Source: Magallana gigas
Taxonomy: Eukaryota
Assembly: GCF_963853765.1 (NCBI RefSeq)
Contig: NC_088856.1
Location: 14,942,001 to 15,006,000, forward strand
Reading direction: 5' to 3'
Length of the DNA stretch: 64,000 nt
The translations under genes were made by a program, and so were the position numbers. Under the pieces are notes generated by a model, which was not told the DNA's origin, ran no database searches, and saw only the letters and a program-made list of their open reading frames with translations. This document shows, piece after piece, positions 1 through 11,900 of the stretch (position 1 is its first letter; each line of letters opens with the position of its first letter).

Positions 1-98
1 AGAAACCCTGCAAAATAGAAACATTACACTCACATTATTATTGCACATTTCTGTTAAATATCGATCTGCATGGAATCTATTCTAATCATTAATGTATA

Positions 99-136
<38 letters not shown>

Positions 137-2438
137 GAACATTAGGTATGATAAAGTCAGCTTAATGGAGTCATAATACAAACAATCTGGACAATGTACA
201 ATAATACATGTAGATCCTGTATAAATAAAATCCATTTTTCCCCCTAGGAACTCGGATAGCCGATTGATGCCAATACTTACAAGAGCAGACTTTAATCACC
301 GCTCCTGCACATATATAGGGACTCAACGTTACGCAAGCAGGGATGACCGCACACCTACGCAACTCAACAGGTACCAACGTTAACGCAAGCAGGGATGACC
401 GCACACTTGCGCCAACAGCTCAGTCTAACGCAAGCAGGGAGTGCCGCACACTTGCGCTAGAAAGGGCAGAACACCAGCAGGGATGACCACACACTAGTGC
501 TCCACCGCAACCACCACCAATACAAGCAGGTATGCCCGCACACTTGTATTAATGCGATACAGGGCAGGGATGACCACACACTCTGTATCGTAGGTTAGAA
601 AACACGGAGATTATATAGAGCAGGAATGTCCACACACTCTATCTATCCGTACCTGTTCAAATTTAACCCCAAAAACAGTCGCTCGTCATAATGCAATAGA
701 CACTGTCCCTATATATGTGCCGGCCTAAAATAATTCATAGTATCTAAAAATTGGAAATCAAAAATAAACAAACTTATCCGGCCTAACCCAAAACTACTTA
801 TGCAGAACAACTTATATACATTGAATATTTATTATTGTATAAAAATAATCGTCACAATAATTGGTTAACAGTGGATGCATTAATTAAAATAATCAAGAAT
901 CGATAAATCAAAGGCAATAACTCAATACAGTAATACAAAAAGATTCTAATGAAAAAATAGCTGCCTGCTTCAATTTTATAGTCATATCACATGTTGGGAA
1001 TGCAGTTCTCAAAAAGATCCTTTACAATTGTTTATATATGGGATATTTAGCTACATCAAACTCTGAACCTTTTTGTGAGGCCGAAGAATTGTCCTGGAGC
1101 CAAAGTCTTAACAATTATAAAAGAATCATCTTGCTGATTAGTTTCTGAGAAGAAGATTTTTAAAGATTTACTCTATATATTCCTATGTAAAACTTCAACA
1201 CCCCCCCCCCCAATGTGGCCTCACCCTACCCCCAGGGATCATGATTTTCACAACTTTAAATCTACACTACCTGAGGATACTTCCACACAAGTTTCAGCTT
1301 TCCTGGCTGATTAGTTTCTGAGAAGAAGATTTTTAAAGATTTACTCTATATTTTCCTATGTAAAACTTCGACCCCCCATTGTGCCCCACCCTATACCCAG
1401 GGGTCATGATTTTCACAACTTTGAATCTACACTGCCTGAGGATGCTTCCACACAAGTTTCAGCTTTCCTGGCTGATTAGTTTCTGAGAAGAAGATTTTTA
1501 AAGATTTACTCTATATATCCCTATGTAAAATTTTAACACCCACCCCCCAATGTGGCCTCACCCTACCCCAGGGATCATGATTTTCACAACATTGAATTTA
1601 CACTACCTGAGGATGCTTCCACACAAGTTTCAACTTTCCTGGCTGATTAGTTTCTGAGAAGAAGATTTTTAAAGATTTACTCTATATTTTCCTATGTAAA
1701 ACTTCGACCCCCCATTGTGGCCCCACCCTATACCCAGGGTTCATGATTTTCACAACTTTGAATCTACACTACCTGAGGATGCTTCCATACAAGTGTCAGC
1801 TTTCCTGGCTGATTAGTTTCTGAGAAGAAGATTTTTAAAGATTTACTCTATATATTCCTATTTAAAACTTCGACCCCCCATTGTGGCCCCACCCTACCCC
1901 CAGGGATAATGATTTTCACAACTTTGAATCTACACTACCTGAGGATGCTTCCACACAAGTTTCAGCTTTCCTGGCTGATTAGTTTCTGAGAAGAAGATTT
2001 TTTTAAAGATTACCTCTATATTTTCCTATGTAAAACTTCGACCCCCCATTGTGGCCCCATCCTACCCCCAGGGGTCATGATTTTCACAACTTTGAATCTA
2101 CACTACCTGAGGATGCTTCCATACAAGTTTCAGCTTTCCTGGCTGATTAGTTTCTGAGAAGAAGATTTTTAAAGATTTACTCTATATATTCCTATGTAAA
2201 ACTTCGACCCCCCATTGTGGCCCCACCCTACCCCCGGGGGTCATGAATTTCACAACTTTGAATCTACACTACCTGAGGATGCTGCCACACAAGTTTCAGC
2301 TTTCCTGGCTTTCTGGTTCTTGAGAAGAAGATTTTTGAAAATTTCTCGAAATTTTTCATTAATTTCTAATTATCTCACCTTGAAAACGGGTGTGGCCCTT
2401 AATTTTCACAACTTTGAATCCCCTTTGCCTAAGGATGA

Positions 2439-2470
<32 letters not shown>

Positions 2471-2575
2471 AGTTCTTGAGAAGATGTTGAAAATGTGAAA
2501 AGTTTACGGACGGACGGACGGACGGACGGACGGACAGACGGACAGACAGACAGACAGACAAAAAGTGATCAGAAT

Positions 2576-2608
<33 letters not shown>

Positions 2609-5560
2609 TAAAAAAGTAAATCTGAGCCCTGAAGGCATATAAGGCCAGCGCTCATCTCTGAGACCAGTTCAAGAGAGGGGGTGCACGCGAGCGCTCACCA
2701 AAATTCCCTATACCTGCAACACAAATTTTGGCAAGCGCTTGTGAGCACTCACTCTGCTGAACACACCTTAGGTTTCTGTGGTGCTAAGTGGATGAGAGTC
2801 ATTGCCTCCCCCTGGATGGGACACCAGTCCATCCCAAGTAAACCCCCAGCCTAAACCAGTACCCAATTTCAGCTGGATGGACTGAGACAAAGTCGATAAA
2901 GTGCTTTGTCTAAGGACACAACACAAACCATCAATAGACCACAGTGGGGCTTAAACTTTTGGCCATGGGCTACTGGCTTAACACCTTTGAGCATTGAGCT
3001 AAGTGTTTAATGTATCATATGAAGAAAATAAAATAAAACATAAAACAACTTAAGGTCTCTGTTTGCCAAAACATTTTAAAATACTGTTAACTCAGACACT
3101 GACATGTAAAGACTGGTTAATGATGAGAAATATTCATGATGACAAAAATGTTGCAAACTTCAAAAAAAGGTTCTCATTAGAACAATAAAAGATTAAACTT
3201 GGATTTATTTATGTTTCTGAATATAAACCCGAGTTGACATTTGCTTGGATAATATTAATTATGATAGTCATTGTATAATCTAAGTACAGATTCTGGACAA
3301 TTACCAATTACTAGCATTGTTATGTTGTCTGATTCTTAGGAAAGGTTTCTCATAGTGAGACAATTTAAAATGCACACTACTATAGGATATAGCAGAATTT
3401 ACATGGTATGAAATCCAGCTAGAGCAACATATCAATTACTACATTCTAGTGATGGGAAATCGGAAAATTTTCATAATCGATTATCGGAAATAATCGAAAG
3501 TGTATAATCGATTAAATAATCGAAATTTTTCAAATTATGTTTAATTGAATGAAACTCTGAACAAAAACTTGCGTCTTGCGTTGTATATACAGTAATATAT
3601 ACTTGTTTCAGTTGTTTGAAATTATTTAATATTTTTTCAAATAAATCAAATATGTTAATAAAATTTTTATATTATAACTGTAACATGTATGCACATACAA
3701 TCTTATTTACTGCACCTGGTTAGAATAAAAGAAAACTAGGAATTGTACCTTTTATAGTGACTAGGAAGTTAGGAACAAGTTCAAATTTCGAACAATAAAC
3801 ATAAACAATTTAAAATATAACAAATTAATTTGAAATTCAGAGTTCAAATCCTATTTAAAAAACATTAAACCAAAACAATTTAACATTTAAAAATCGTGAC
3901 TAGAAAGTTTACTACTGGCCGAGTCACATGACATACCATTTCAATGTTTCACCAATACATTTCAAGGTTTTTATTCAAGAAAATGAACAAGTCAACAATC
4001 CAAAATACTTCCACACCGTGGATTTAAAGTTTGTATTTGGACATGGAAATATTTCCTGAGTCATGTTATTGTTGGGATCTTGATAAGTGGCATTTGCCTC
4101 GTACGTGGGGCTTGCACATCGCGCTGCCATTTTGTATAAACCTATTTTCGTTTCTGATGTTTGTATTAAATTTTTTTTTTAAATAATCGATTATGAAAAT
4201 CTTAATTGATCATCGACATCGGGAGACATTTAGCGACCAACTTTCGATTGTCTGTGATAATCGGCCCATCACCACTACATTCTCTTTTTTTAAAGCACTT
4301 ACCTGCACGGTACTGACTGTGTAAAGCTTGCGTATACTGGCTTCATACTGAGCAGCTGAGGAGCCTGGGATAGACCTACACACACATAAGAGAAACCATT
4401 TTACTAAAATGTAATTAGAATAGCAGTCATTAAATAAATAGCAAATATTAAACAGTCATGCAGCTAGACTACCTCCCAACTAAGTAATGTGATTATCTTT
4501 GCTAGAGCCCTAGCCCAGGGTGACACAACCAGTCTTGGATGACAACAGGTCAACTCAAGAATTTCTCCTACATTCTCAGAAATATTTATTATTCTCTAGC
4601 CTCCAACAAGTTAACATTTTAGCTTTTAGAGGTATGAAAACTAAATCATGATGTGAATACAGTTGTTTACTGATGCATATGATTGTAATCATATCAAATA
4701 GATTGGCGAGACATTTCCTGTACGAGAGTTAGGAGAAGTCAATATGGAATAGGGCATGTTTATTGATGAGAACAGTCAGTAAGTGTACTTGAGAATGTCC
4801 ATGGTATTCTGATGAGAAGTGTAACAAGAATCTCTTCGTCTCTTCTCTTGAAAAGAGAAGGATTAGCATATATAATCACATTTGGATTCCAAAAAGGCAC
4901 AAATATGGTCATCATTTTTAACGTTGATTACTTACACAAAAAGCTATATATCTAATCTTAAGCTCATATTCACAATGCACGTCTTTGTAAATTTTCCTGA
5001 GAATACCATATTACAGAATTTTTCAAATATTGTCTTGATGTACAGTATGTGATGAGACAATGAATTTTCTACTTCTAACACTTGATGGCTTGATTTTGTA
5101 CAAAAACTATTCAGAAAGAAAAGTATTCTTTTCGTCCATGTTATGATCAATTGTCAATTTCTTCCAAGTGAATGGATTAATTCAACATACTTCCACTTTC
5201 ACATTCACCTTTTTTTCCGCTAAATAAGCATATTCATGCCCTATAAGTTTCCGGCACGATAACATCTCAAATATTATTCCGATTGATCTGATCTTTGCCA
5301 TTTTACTTTCGATAATGAAAATTTCCTTTCAAATAAAAATATGCATTTTTTAAAAACAATGCCATTTGAAAGTAATCATTAACGATATTTAGCCATATTT
5401 ACTTATCAAGCCAGAACGTCCATGGGGTGTTCAGTGGGACCCCCGACTGTTCGGAGGAGTGGATTTCGTTGATGGCTGCACGTTGGAGTTGTGGACTTCC
5501 GACAGGACGAGCCTCGGCCGATTTTACGCAGTCGACTGACTGAAGGCTCGATACCGCCAT
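1..5560 (-). CDS. EIF4E3: Eukaryotic translation initiation factor 4E type 3, 5' part (exons 5560-5403, 4375-4303, and exon 3 starting at 7 and running off the window)
   Basis: Spliced translation MAVSSLQ...GVPLNTPWTFWLDK|SIPGSSAAQYEASIRKLYTVSTVQ|GF(W) matches the eIF4E3 N-terminal motifs (GVPLHSxWTFWLDR, KKIYTVQTVQ.FW). GT-AG sites and phases (2, 0) are consistent. An upstream in-frame ATG at 5587 is an alternative start. Confidence 0.9.
307..720 (-). other. Array of 7 stem-loops with a conserved 16-nt loop, enclosed by a 16-bp perfect inverted repeat (candidate structured RNA or novel element)
   Basis: Loops CAGGNANNNCCRCACA at 338, 390, 435, 478, 527, 565 and 621, each closed by a different complementary stem. 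IR gcacatatatagggac (307-322) / gtccctatatatgtgc (705-720). Confidence 0.75.
1130..2480 (+). repeat. Tandem ~166-170 bp satellite monomers (Cg170-like), about 8 copies
   Basis: gattagtttctgagaagaagatttttaaagatttactctatat...cacaactttgaatctacactacctgaggatgcttccacacaagtttcagctttcctggct recurs about every 165-173 bp. Confidence 0.9.
2625..2990 (-). mobile_element. SINE fragment (bivalve Meta/Nin-domain-like), interrupted by a ~110-bp hairpin insert
   Basis: gccagcgctcatctctg...gtttctgtggtgctaag...ccccctggatgggacaccagtccatc...tacccaatttcagctgg...gtgctttgtctaaggacacaac resembles conserved mollusc SINE central domains (recalled family similarity, not searched). Confidence 0.5.
3447..4274. mobile_element. 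hAT-type non-autonomous DNA transposon (MITE)
   Basis: TIRs tagtgatggg / cccatcacca (9/10 match) and an exact 8-bp TSD ctacattc at 3439-3446 and 4275-4282. Confidence 0.9.
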
Positions 5561-6484
5561 CACGTACCAAGACCGCAATCGGGTCATGTGATCAAAACAA
5601 ATGACGTAGAATTATCGTTCGGAATAACCTCGGGTCAATAATTTCGCGCCATCTTTCAATAGTTTTACGGACAAGTGGGCGGATTATGTTGGGTGACACG
5701 GGGACTATTGTAAATACATACAAACGCTGTATTAGTTAACTTTTAGAGTGATCAGTAAATATTAATATTTTCAGATAAAAGTACAGTTATTGATAAATAA
5801 ATATTCATGTAAAATGCAAAGCGTTTAAGCCAACGATTTCTATTGACTGATGCACTTTTGGGGCACTTACCTAATGGCCAAACTTCCGATCGAAATAAGG
5901 AATAATCATATCTTTCCCAATTATTTATTGCCTAACAGCGTACCGCGATGTGTTATAATAGAGGGTTTACAACTGATATGACTCTAAGTCATGAGTGCGA
6001 ATCTCGCTGTGCCTTTTTATAATTTTTACCTTTTCCAAATATTTTAAAAACATTTTATTTGGTCAATTGACAAATATTGTAAAATTTGAAAATTCTACAA
6101 CGATGAAAGGAAGCTTATTTTAATTAAAATGTACTTTTGTCCATGTGAATATCGACAGGAGTCCCATCATAGTAGTACCACCTTAAATTGAACATGTCAC
6201 AAATACATATTTCATCGTAATTCATTAAACAATAGCACACCCTGTCTTTAATTAGTATTTTTTGTGTCTTAGCGAATTACATACTGTAATTTATATTAAA
6301 GTATTCTTCCCAGTTTTATTATTCAATGTGTTTCAACTAAATCTAAAAATAGTTTAGAATTCTAAACTTATATCTATTTAGAGAGCTATAAAACCTTCTT
6401 TGTTATAAATAATCACCAATATTTAATCTTAAATTTGTCTTGAGTTTACAACTCTCAATTGGAACATCTACTATATTTCATATA

Positions 6485-6633
6485 NNNNNNNNNNNNNNNN
6501 NNNNNNNNNNNNNNNNNNNNNNNNNNNNNNNNNNNNNNNNNNNNNNNNNNNNNNNNNNNNNNNNNNNNNNNNNNNNNNNNNNNNNNNNNNNNNNNNNNNN
6601 NNNNNNNNNNNNNNNNNNNNNNNNNNNNNNNNN
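6485..6633. other. Assembly gap (N run); further gaps at 43418-43547 and 52956-53112
   Basis: Direct reading. Confidence 0.99.
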
Positions 6634-6795
6634 TAGAAATCTAGTAGTAACGGGTAAACAACTTTCATTCAAAGATTTCTAAGATACAAACTCAACTGTT
6701 ACTGTATAATATCAATGGATTGCATGTACAATTCTCAATTTAACCACATTATGTACAAGATAATCCTATAAATTACATTAAGAATCTTGGTATAT

Positions 6796-8004
6796 TCATT
6801 CCTCATTACACACAAAGTCTGACGGTTTCAACTCATCCCAAGCTTTCCCTGCGACTTTCGGCGGTCCACTACACACAATCAGGTGCGGATCCTGAATAAC
6901 GTAAGGCGCGTGGTCCATTTTCTCTCTCAGCCACCTCAGATTGCAGTCACAGTTCCAAGGATTTGAATCAATGAACAGAGTGTTTAGTTTGGTCAGGTGA
7001 CTCGTGTCTAACACCTCGGGCTTTAGGGTAGACAACTGGTTGCTTTGGAGCCACAGGGACCCCATACTCTTCAGCGGATACAGAGCACCCGGCTCTATGT
7101 GGCTGATATTGTTTAAATCTAGGTAGAGGGTGTCTACACTGGAGAGGCCTACAAAGGTATTGTTTGTCAGTGTAGATTTGATGTGGTCCTGCATGAAATC
7201 CAGTAAAGTAAGCTTGTCAAGGCCGTGGAACGCATTGTCCTCAATGGTTTCTACCTGTCCCTGCCAGAAAGCCAAGGTCTGAAGATTGACCAGGTCTTTG
7301 AAGCCAAAGGAAGGCAGGGTTTTTATCTGATTGCCCACAAAGCAGAGATGTTGGATGCATGTAGGGATATCATTGAGAATACTTTGCATTTGGTTGAACC
7401 TGAAATCAATGGAGTTGATGCTTCTACACTTCGAAAAAGCATTTGGTGGAAAACTTGCGTCGGTTAGCTTGTTGAATCCGATGTAGAGTGTTGTCATTGC
7501 AACAAGAGGGTCAAACGCCCCGGGTTGGATTTTGGATATTTTATTGTTTGAGAGGTCAAGATAAACGATCTTTGGATAAAGATTAAAGCTGTCTGATTGA
7601 ATTGTTTCCAAGTTTCCTTGCATCATCCTGAAGGTGTCCATGATTTTCGGAAGGACTTTCGGAATCGTAGTGTAGTCCGTCATGGACAGATCGACATCCG
7701 TTAGACTGGGAAGGTCAAGGGCACCTGGTTCGATTGACCCTTCCTTTAAACGGGCACCCGACGCGTCCAGCGCATTCAGATTAACGAGCTTTGATAATGA
7801 ACCCTTTTTGATTTCGCGGATTGGATTATCGCCGATGTACAGGATTTTGGTGTCGGTCGGAATATTATCCGGGATCTCTGATATTCCCGTTCCGTTGCAG
7901 AAAACTTGTCCCGGCGGCCTGCAGTAACAGGGGGACGGGCATGACTGCGCATCGACTGTCACAGTCCACCACACACAACAGACAATCAAGAGGAGAGTGG
8001 ACAT
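6796..8004 (-). CDS. Secreted leucine-rich repeat protein (signal peptide, LRRNT, ~11-12 LRRs, LRRCT; no TM), 402 aa, single coding exon
   Basis: MSTLLLIVCCVWWTVTVDA signal peptide; CPSPCYC LRRNT; LxxLxLxxNxI repeats; NPWNCDCNLRWL...C.GP LRRCT. Acceptor at 8014 and a probable 5'UTR exon donor at 8559. Confidence 0.92.
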   Translation of the reverse strand: MSTLLLIVCCVWWTVTVDAQSCPSPCYCRPPGQVFCNGTGISEIPDNIPTDTKILYIGDNPIREIKKGSLSKLVNLNALDASGARLKEGSIEPGALDLPSLTDVDLSMTDYTTIPKVLPKIMDTFRMMQGNLETIQSDSFNLYPKIVYLDLSNNKISKIQPGAFDPLVAMTTLYIGFNKLTDASFPPNAFSKCRSINSIDFRFNQMQSILNDIPTCIQHLCFVGNQIKTLPSFGFKDLVNLQTLAFWQGQVETIEDNAFHGLDKLTLLDFMQDHIKSTLTNNTFVGLSSVDTLYLDLNNISHIEPGALYPLKSMGSLWLQSNQLSTLKPEVLDTSHLTKLNTLFIDSNPWNCDCNLRWLREKMDHAPYVIQDPHLIVCSGPPKVAGKAWDELKPSDFVCNEE

Positions 8005-8994
8005 GGGTACAAATCTGAAGAATAAAAATGCGCATTTTAAAATGGATTGATAACTGATGGAAAATTTAATTAATTCGCAGACCTAGTTTTGCTCTATTCT
8101 CATGGGAGGGAACAACCGACTCCCCTCCCACTCCCTCCCTGGACCCCGAATACGAACTTGTACTAGTGAGATATCAATTTTTGATGCATCCCAGTATATC
8201 TGTATGTATATATATAGTGTACAAATGTATACATTATACATGTTATATATTAATATAATAAGGGGTTTCGAGAGAGGGGATACGGGACAATTCCAGAATC
8301 ATGCATTCACTATTTTATGTCAAATTTAGAAAAATGTTTGCTGCGATAAAAAGTGGGGGGCCAGTCCACAACCCCCCCCCCCCCCTCCACACCACCCCCA
8401 TCCCGATGCTACGTGCTTGTAATCATTTCAACGCCTGGCGCGGTAATTGAACGTTACAAATAAAAAAAAAGTTATGTTGCAATATTCATTGCTACTTTTT
8501 TGATACAGTCAAATACAGTCAACTTAGTAGTACAGTTAATTACATGTGTAAATCTTACCTTTGGTTTTTCTATCGTTAAATCACAAATGAATCTGTTGTA
8601 TTACGTACAACTGATACCGCATGAGACATATATTGGACAGCAAAGTAAATAAATATTGATATGAAAATGTGTCGCTTCGTATCAGATTGAAGATAAGTGT
8701 ACATGTATATGCATCTTTTTGGATTGATGAGTAGATTTGCCTAATCGGTTAATTTTCATGTTGTATGTAAAGTAGAATGATTGTATATTGTCTGAGAAAC
8801 ATCATTTTGATCAATTTTGGACCACTTTTGAATTAAAACTATCGTTCATAAATTTTACGGAAATTGTCGTGTTGTTCGTAAGTATTTCGCATTTAGCGTC
8901 ATCAACTATATTCCTGCATGATATTTGAAACAACATGCTTTGATATTCTTAATTTATAAGTCTTATTTAGTCATATTGACAACTTTGAGAAATA

Positions 8995-11900
8995 ATGGCA
9001 GCTAAAGTTATCCCATGTGGACCTTATCCAGAATGTAATATGACTTTGATGTTGTTTTCTAATGTTTTAAATGCGGCAGAAGTACGGAAATGTGTCATGG
9101 GGGGAGAATTTGAAGCAGCCCTTCTGAAAACGTCAATGGTATTACACTCTGACTTGACTAATATAATGATTTTCTTTGCTTTTCAGCCCTGAATCATTGT
9201 AATTTATCGCAAGTTCTTATCATTTTGTGAAAAAACTAATATACGGGTAATATTGCCTACTAACAACTACATGTATAGTCTCTCTACGTACATCAAAGAC
9301 TTTATACTGCTTTGACACATATCAATCAAACTATACTGACTTATTCACAGCATTAAATGCACCCAATAATGAGAGAAACTGCACATTTTCAACATTACGA
9401 AAGACTCGGTCTGTCCCAGGTTCATTTCATCCAAGGCACTTTTAGCTCACCGAGATGAAGTCGGGGAGCTTATGTTATACCCCCAGCGTTGGCGTCCAGA
9501 CCTGGTTAAAATTTTTGTTGCAGGTCCTGTATGGTTGATGCATCTGGACCTACTTATGGACTTGAAAGACTTGGATGCTGAATCTGGGTCTCAAATTTCA
9601 GATGCTGGAGGAGTTTATGGTTTTTGGAGCAGTGCCCTTTGATAGCCATTTCTAAGTTACTAGTGGTCTTAACTTCACCAAACTTGCATAGAGGATGCGT
9701 CTTATGATACTGATGCACCAAAGGGGGTTTAGGTTTGTAGATCTGGTAAAAGTTTTTGGAACAGATGCCCTGTGATGATTATATCTTACATGTAGTTATA
9801 GATGATCCTAACTTCACTAAACTTGCATGGATGATGTGTCTTATGATAATGATGTACCTGACAGGCTTGAATGCTGAATCTGAGCCGTAGGTTCGGGATG
9901 ATGGATGAGGTTTAGTTTTTTGGAACAGGTCTCATATCTAATAGATATTAATAGAACTATTTCAAACTTGCATAGTTGATTTAACTATAATTTATGGATG
10001 GTGCATTTTATGATACTGATGCACCTGACTTGATTGAATGCTGATTCTGAACCATAGGTTTCAGATCATGAGATGCTGGAGGGGTTTAAGATTTTTAGAG
10101 CTGGTTAAGTACTGAAAAGTACATCAAGATTCATGTATTGAACATCTTGATATTGACAATTTTTTTTCGATGACTGTGTTTTTCTAATATTTATGTTTAA
10201 AATATTTGTTTATGTCATTTTTATTAGATTTTAGAACCATTCCAAGTAATTGTGGCTGCAAATAGAGCAATTCATCTACACAGAATGAAGAAGATGATGA
10301 CCAAAAATGTACACTCAGAAGTCTTGTTTAGTCTCTCACCTAGCAAAAATGTGAGTTGAAAGAGTTCAACAATAAAAAAAAAGTTTTCAATATGTGAATG
10401 AATGTAAAGCTATTTTGTATGAATAGGAATTAACCAAAACTGAAAGAAAAAAAATTGAAAAAGGCTTGCCTGATAGAAAAAAAGTTATGAGCCTTAAGAG
10501 TTAATAAGGTATGCAAACACAATGTACATGTAGATTTTGTATATGTGTACTTTGGGCACACCAAAGCTCTTGAATTTTGCTAAATTCACTGAACATGAGA
10601 CAGCTAGTATAAACAAAGGCTAGTGAGGAGGTAGTTTTTGTAGAATTTTAAAGCAGTTCATTCTTTATCTATGTATGTTTTGAATAGATTTCAGACTCCT
10701 TTCGAAAGTTTGGGCTTGCTGACAATGAGACGTCCATGTTTGTGGTGATTGTCAATGATACCGATGGTTCCACCTGTCAAGCAGTCATCGACCGGGTCAA
10801 AGGTCAACTCACAGATATTACTGACGTTGGAAAATATTCAGATCTACCAACAATTCAAAAAGTGAGATATCTAACTTCTTTGTATAATATGGGTGGGTTA
10901 AGTTAAGGAATAAGAAATCAATTTTTCGATTATTATGAGGTGATTAAATATGGTCGAGTGTGATCAAATCCAATAAAGCCGGAAGGAATCATTTAAATTC
11001 ATGGGGGCCAATTTTCGTGATACATGACTTTTTTGCTCATTCATGGGGATGTAATTTCGTGGATGCATCGGTTACTGTTTCAGTAACAAAGATAACTCTT
11101 TCCAAAACTGTTTTTGTTGAGGATTTAAATTCGTAGGGCAGGGCTTCCCACAAATACCACGAAAATTGAGCCACCACGAATTCTAATGATTCCACAGTAA
11201 TATTTAAAGAATGATTTCTCATTACTAATATTCATGTAATTTTCAGAATTTTTTTGATTAAATATTAAAGGGGAAGGAAACAAAAAATGTGTTTTACAAT
11301 AAATCAATTAATTGTCCATCTACTATAATTATAAATCAAATTTATTTTCATTAAAAACCCTTAGGCTGGAACAATTAATAAATCAAGAAAAATCACTCCC
11401 TTAATTTGAATTTCCCACTAGCTGTACAGTAGTTTACTTCATAATGCAGTTATTAATTCAAATATGAAAAAAATGGATAAAACATTTGTGCCAGAAACAA
11501 TGAACAATCTGTATTATCACAGGCACCTAATATTTTAAGTATTTTTTTTTTTATATAAAAAATCAATTGTTCTCTTTAACTTATATTAATTACACGTTAG
11601 GGGGTTACCATTTTACCATAGGAAAAATATAATATTATCAGGTGCCTGTGATTCTCATATAATTTATGCTAGCCAAACAACCATTAATTGATTTCACAAT
11701 CTTACATCTTAAGAAAAATAATAAGAAATTTTTTACATGTAAATTTGCATAAAACTTGCTTAACACAATTTTACCCTCTAGCTTTGCATATAACGACTTA
11801 AGCTGACTGAAAATGCTTAAATTATATTAGACTTATATTGGCTTTATGAAATGATATGATTAGTTAAGCCCAAATGATACATAGATTTTTCATTGGATGA

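Larger units (their letters stand above)
101..2608 (+). mobile_element. Non-autonomous Helentron/HINE-like element carrying a ~166-bp satellite array
   Basis: 5' end aaacaagaggcccatgggccacatcgctcacctgag, satellite monomers, (gacg)n/(gaca)n microsatellite at ~2507-2560, and 3' palindrome gctcacttgagctttcagctcaggtgagc. The same ends occur inverted at 46168-46796. The architecture matches described oyster HINEs (family knowledge). Confidence 0.8.

Noticed and set aside
338-636. Resemblance of CAGGGAUG to bacterial CsrA/RsmA-binding sRNA repeats
   Set aside because: The host is eukaryotic, the loops are 16 nt with a CACA tail, and wobble pairs favour the opposite strand. No sign of bacterial sequence nearby.
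328-650. CRISPR-like repeat-spacer appearance
   Set aside because: The sequence between repeats is not foreign spacer but complementary stem arms; the repeats are only 16-18 nt; the context is an animal intron; no cas genes are present.
171-2472. ORF-track hits 171-404 (-) and 2215-2472 (+)
   Set aside because: They lie in the hairpin array/HINE and the satellite; no protein-like features.
6440-6682. ORFs containing X runs (also 43361-43600 and 52792-53217)
   Set aside because: Artefacts of N gaps.
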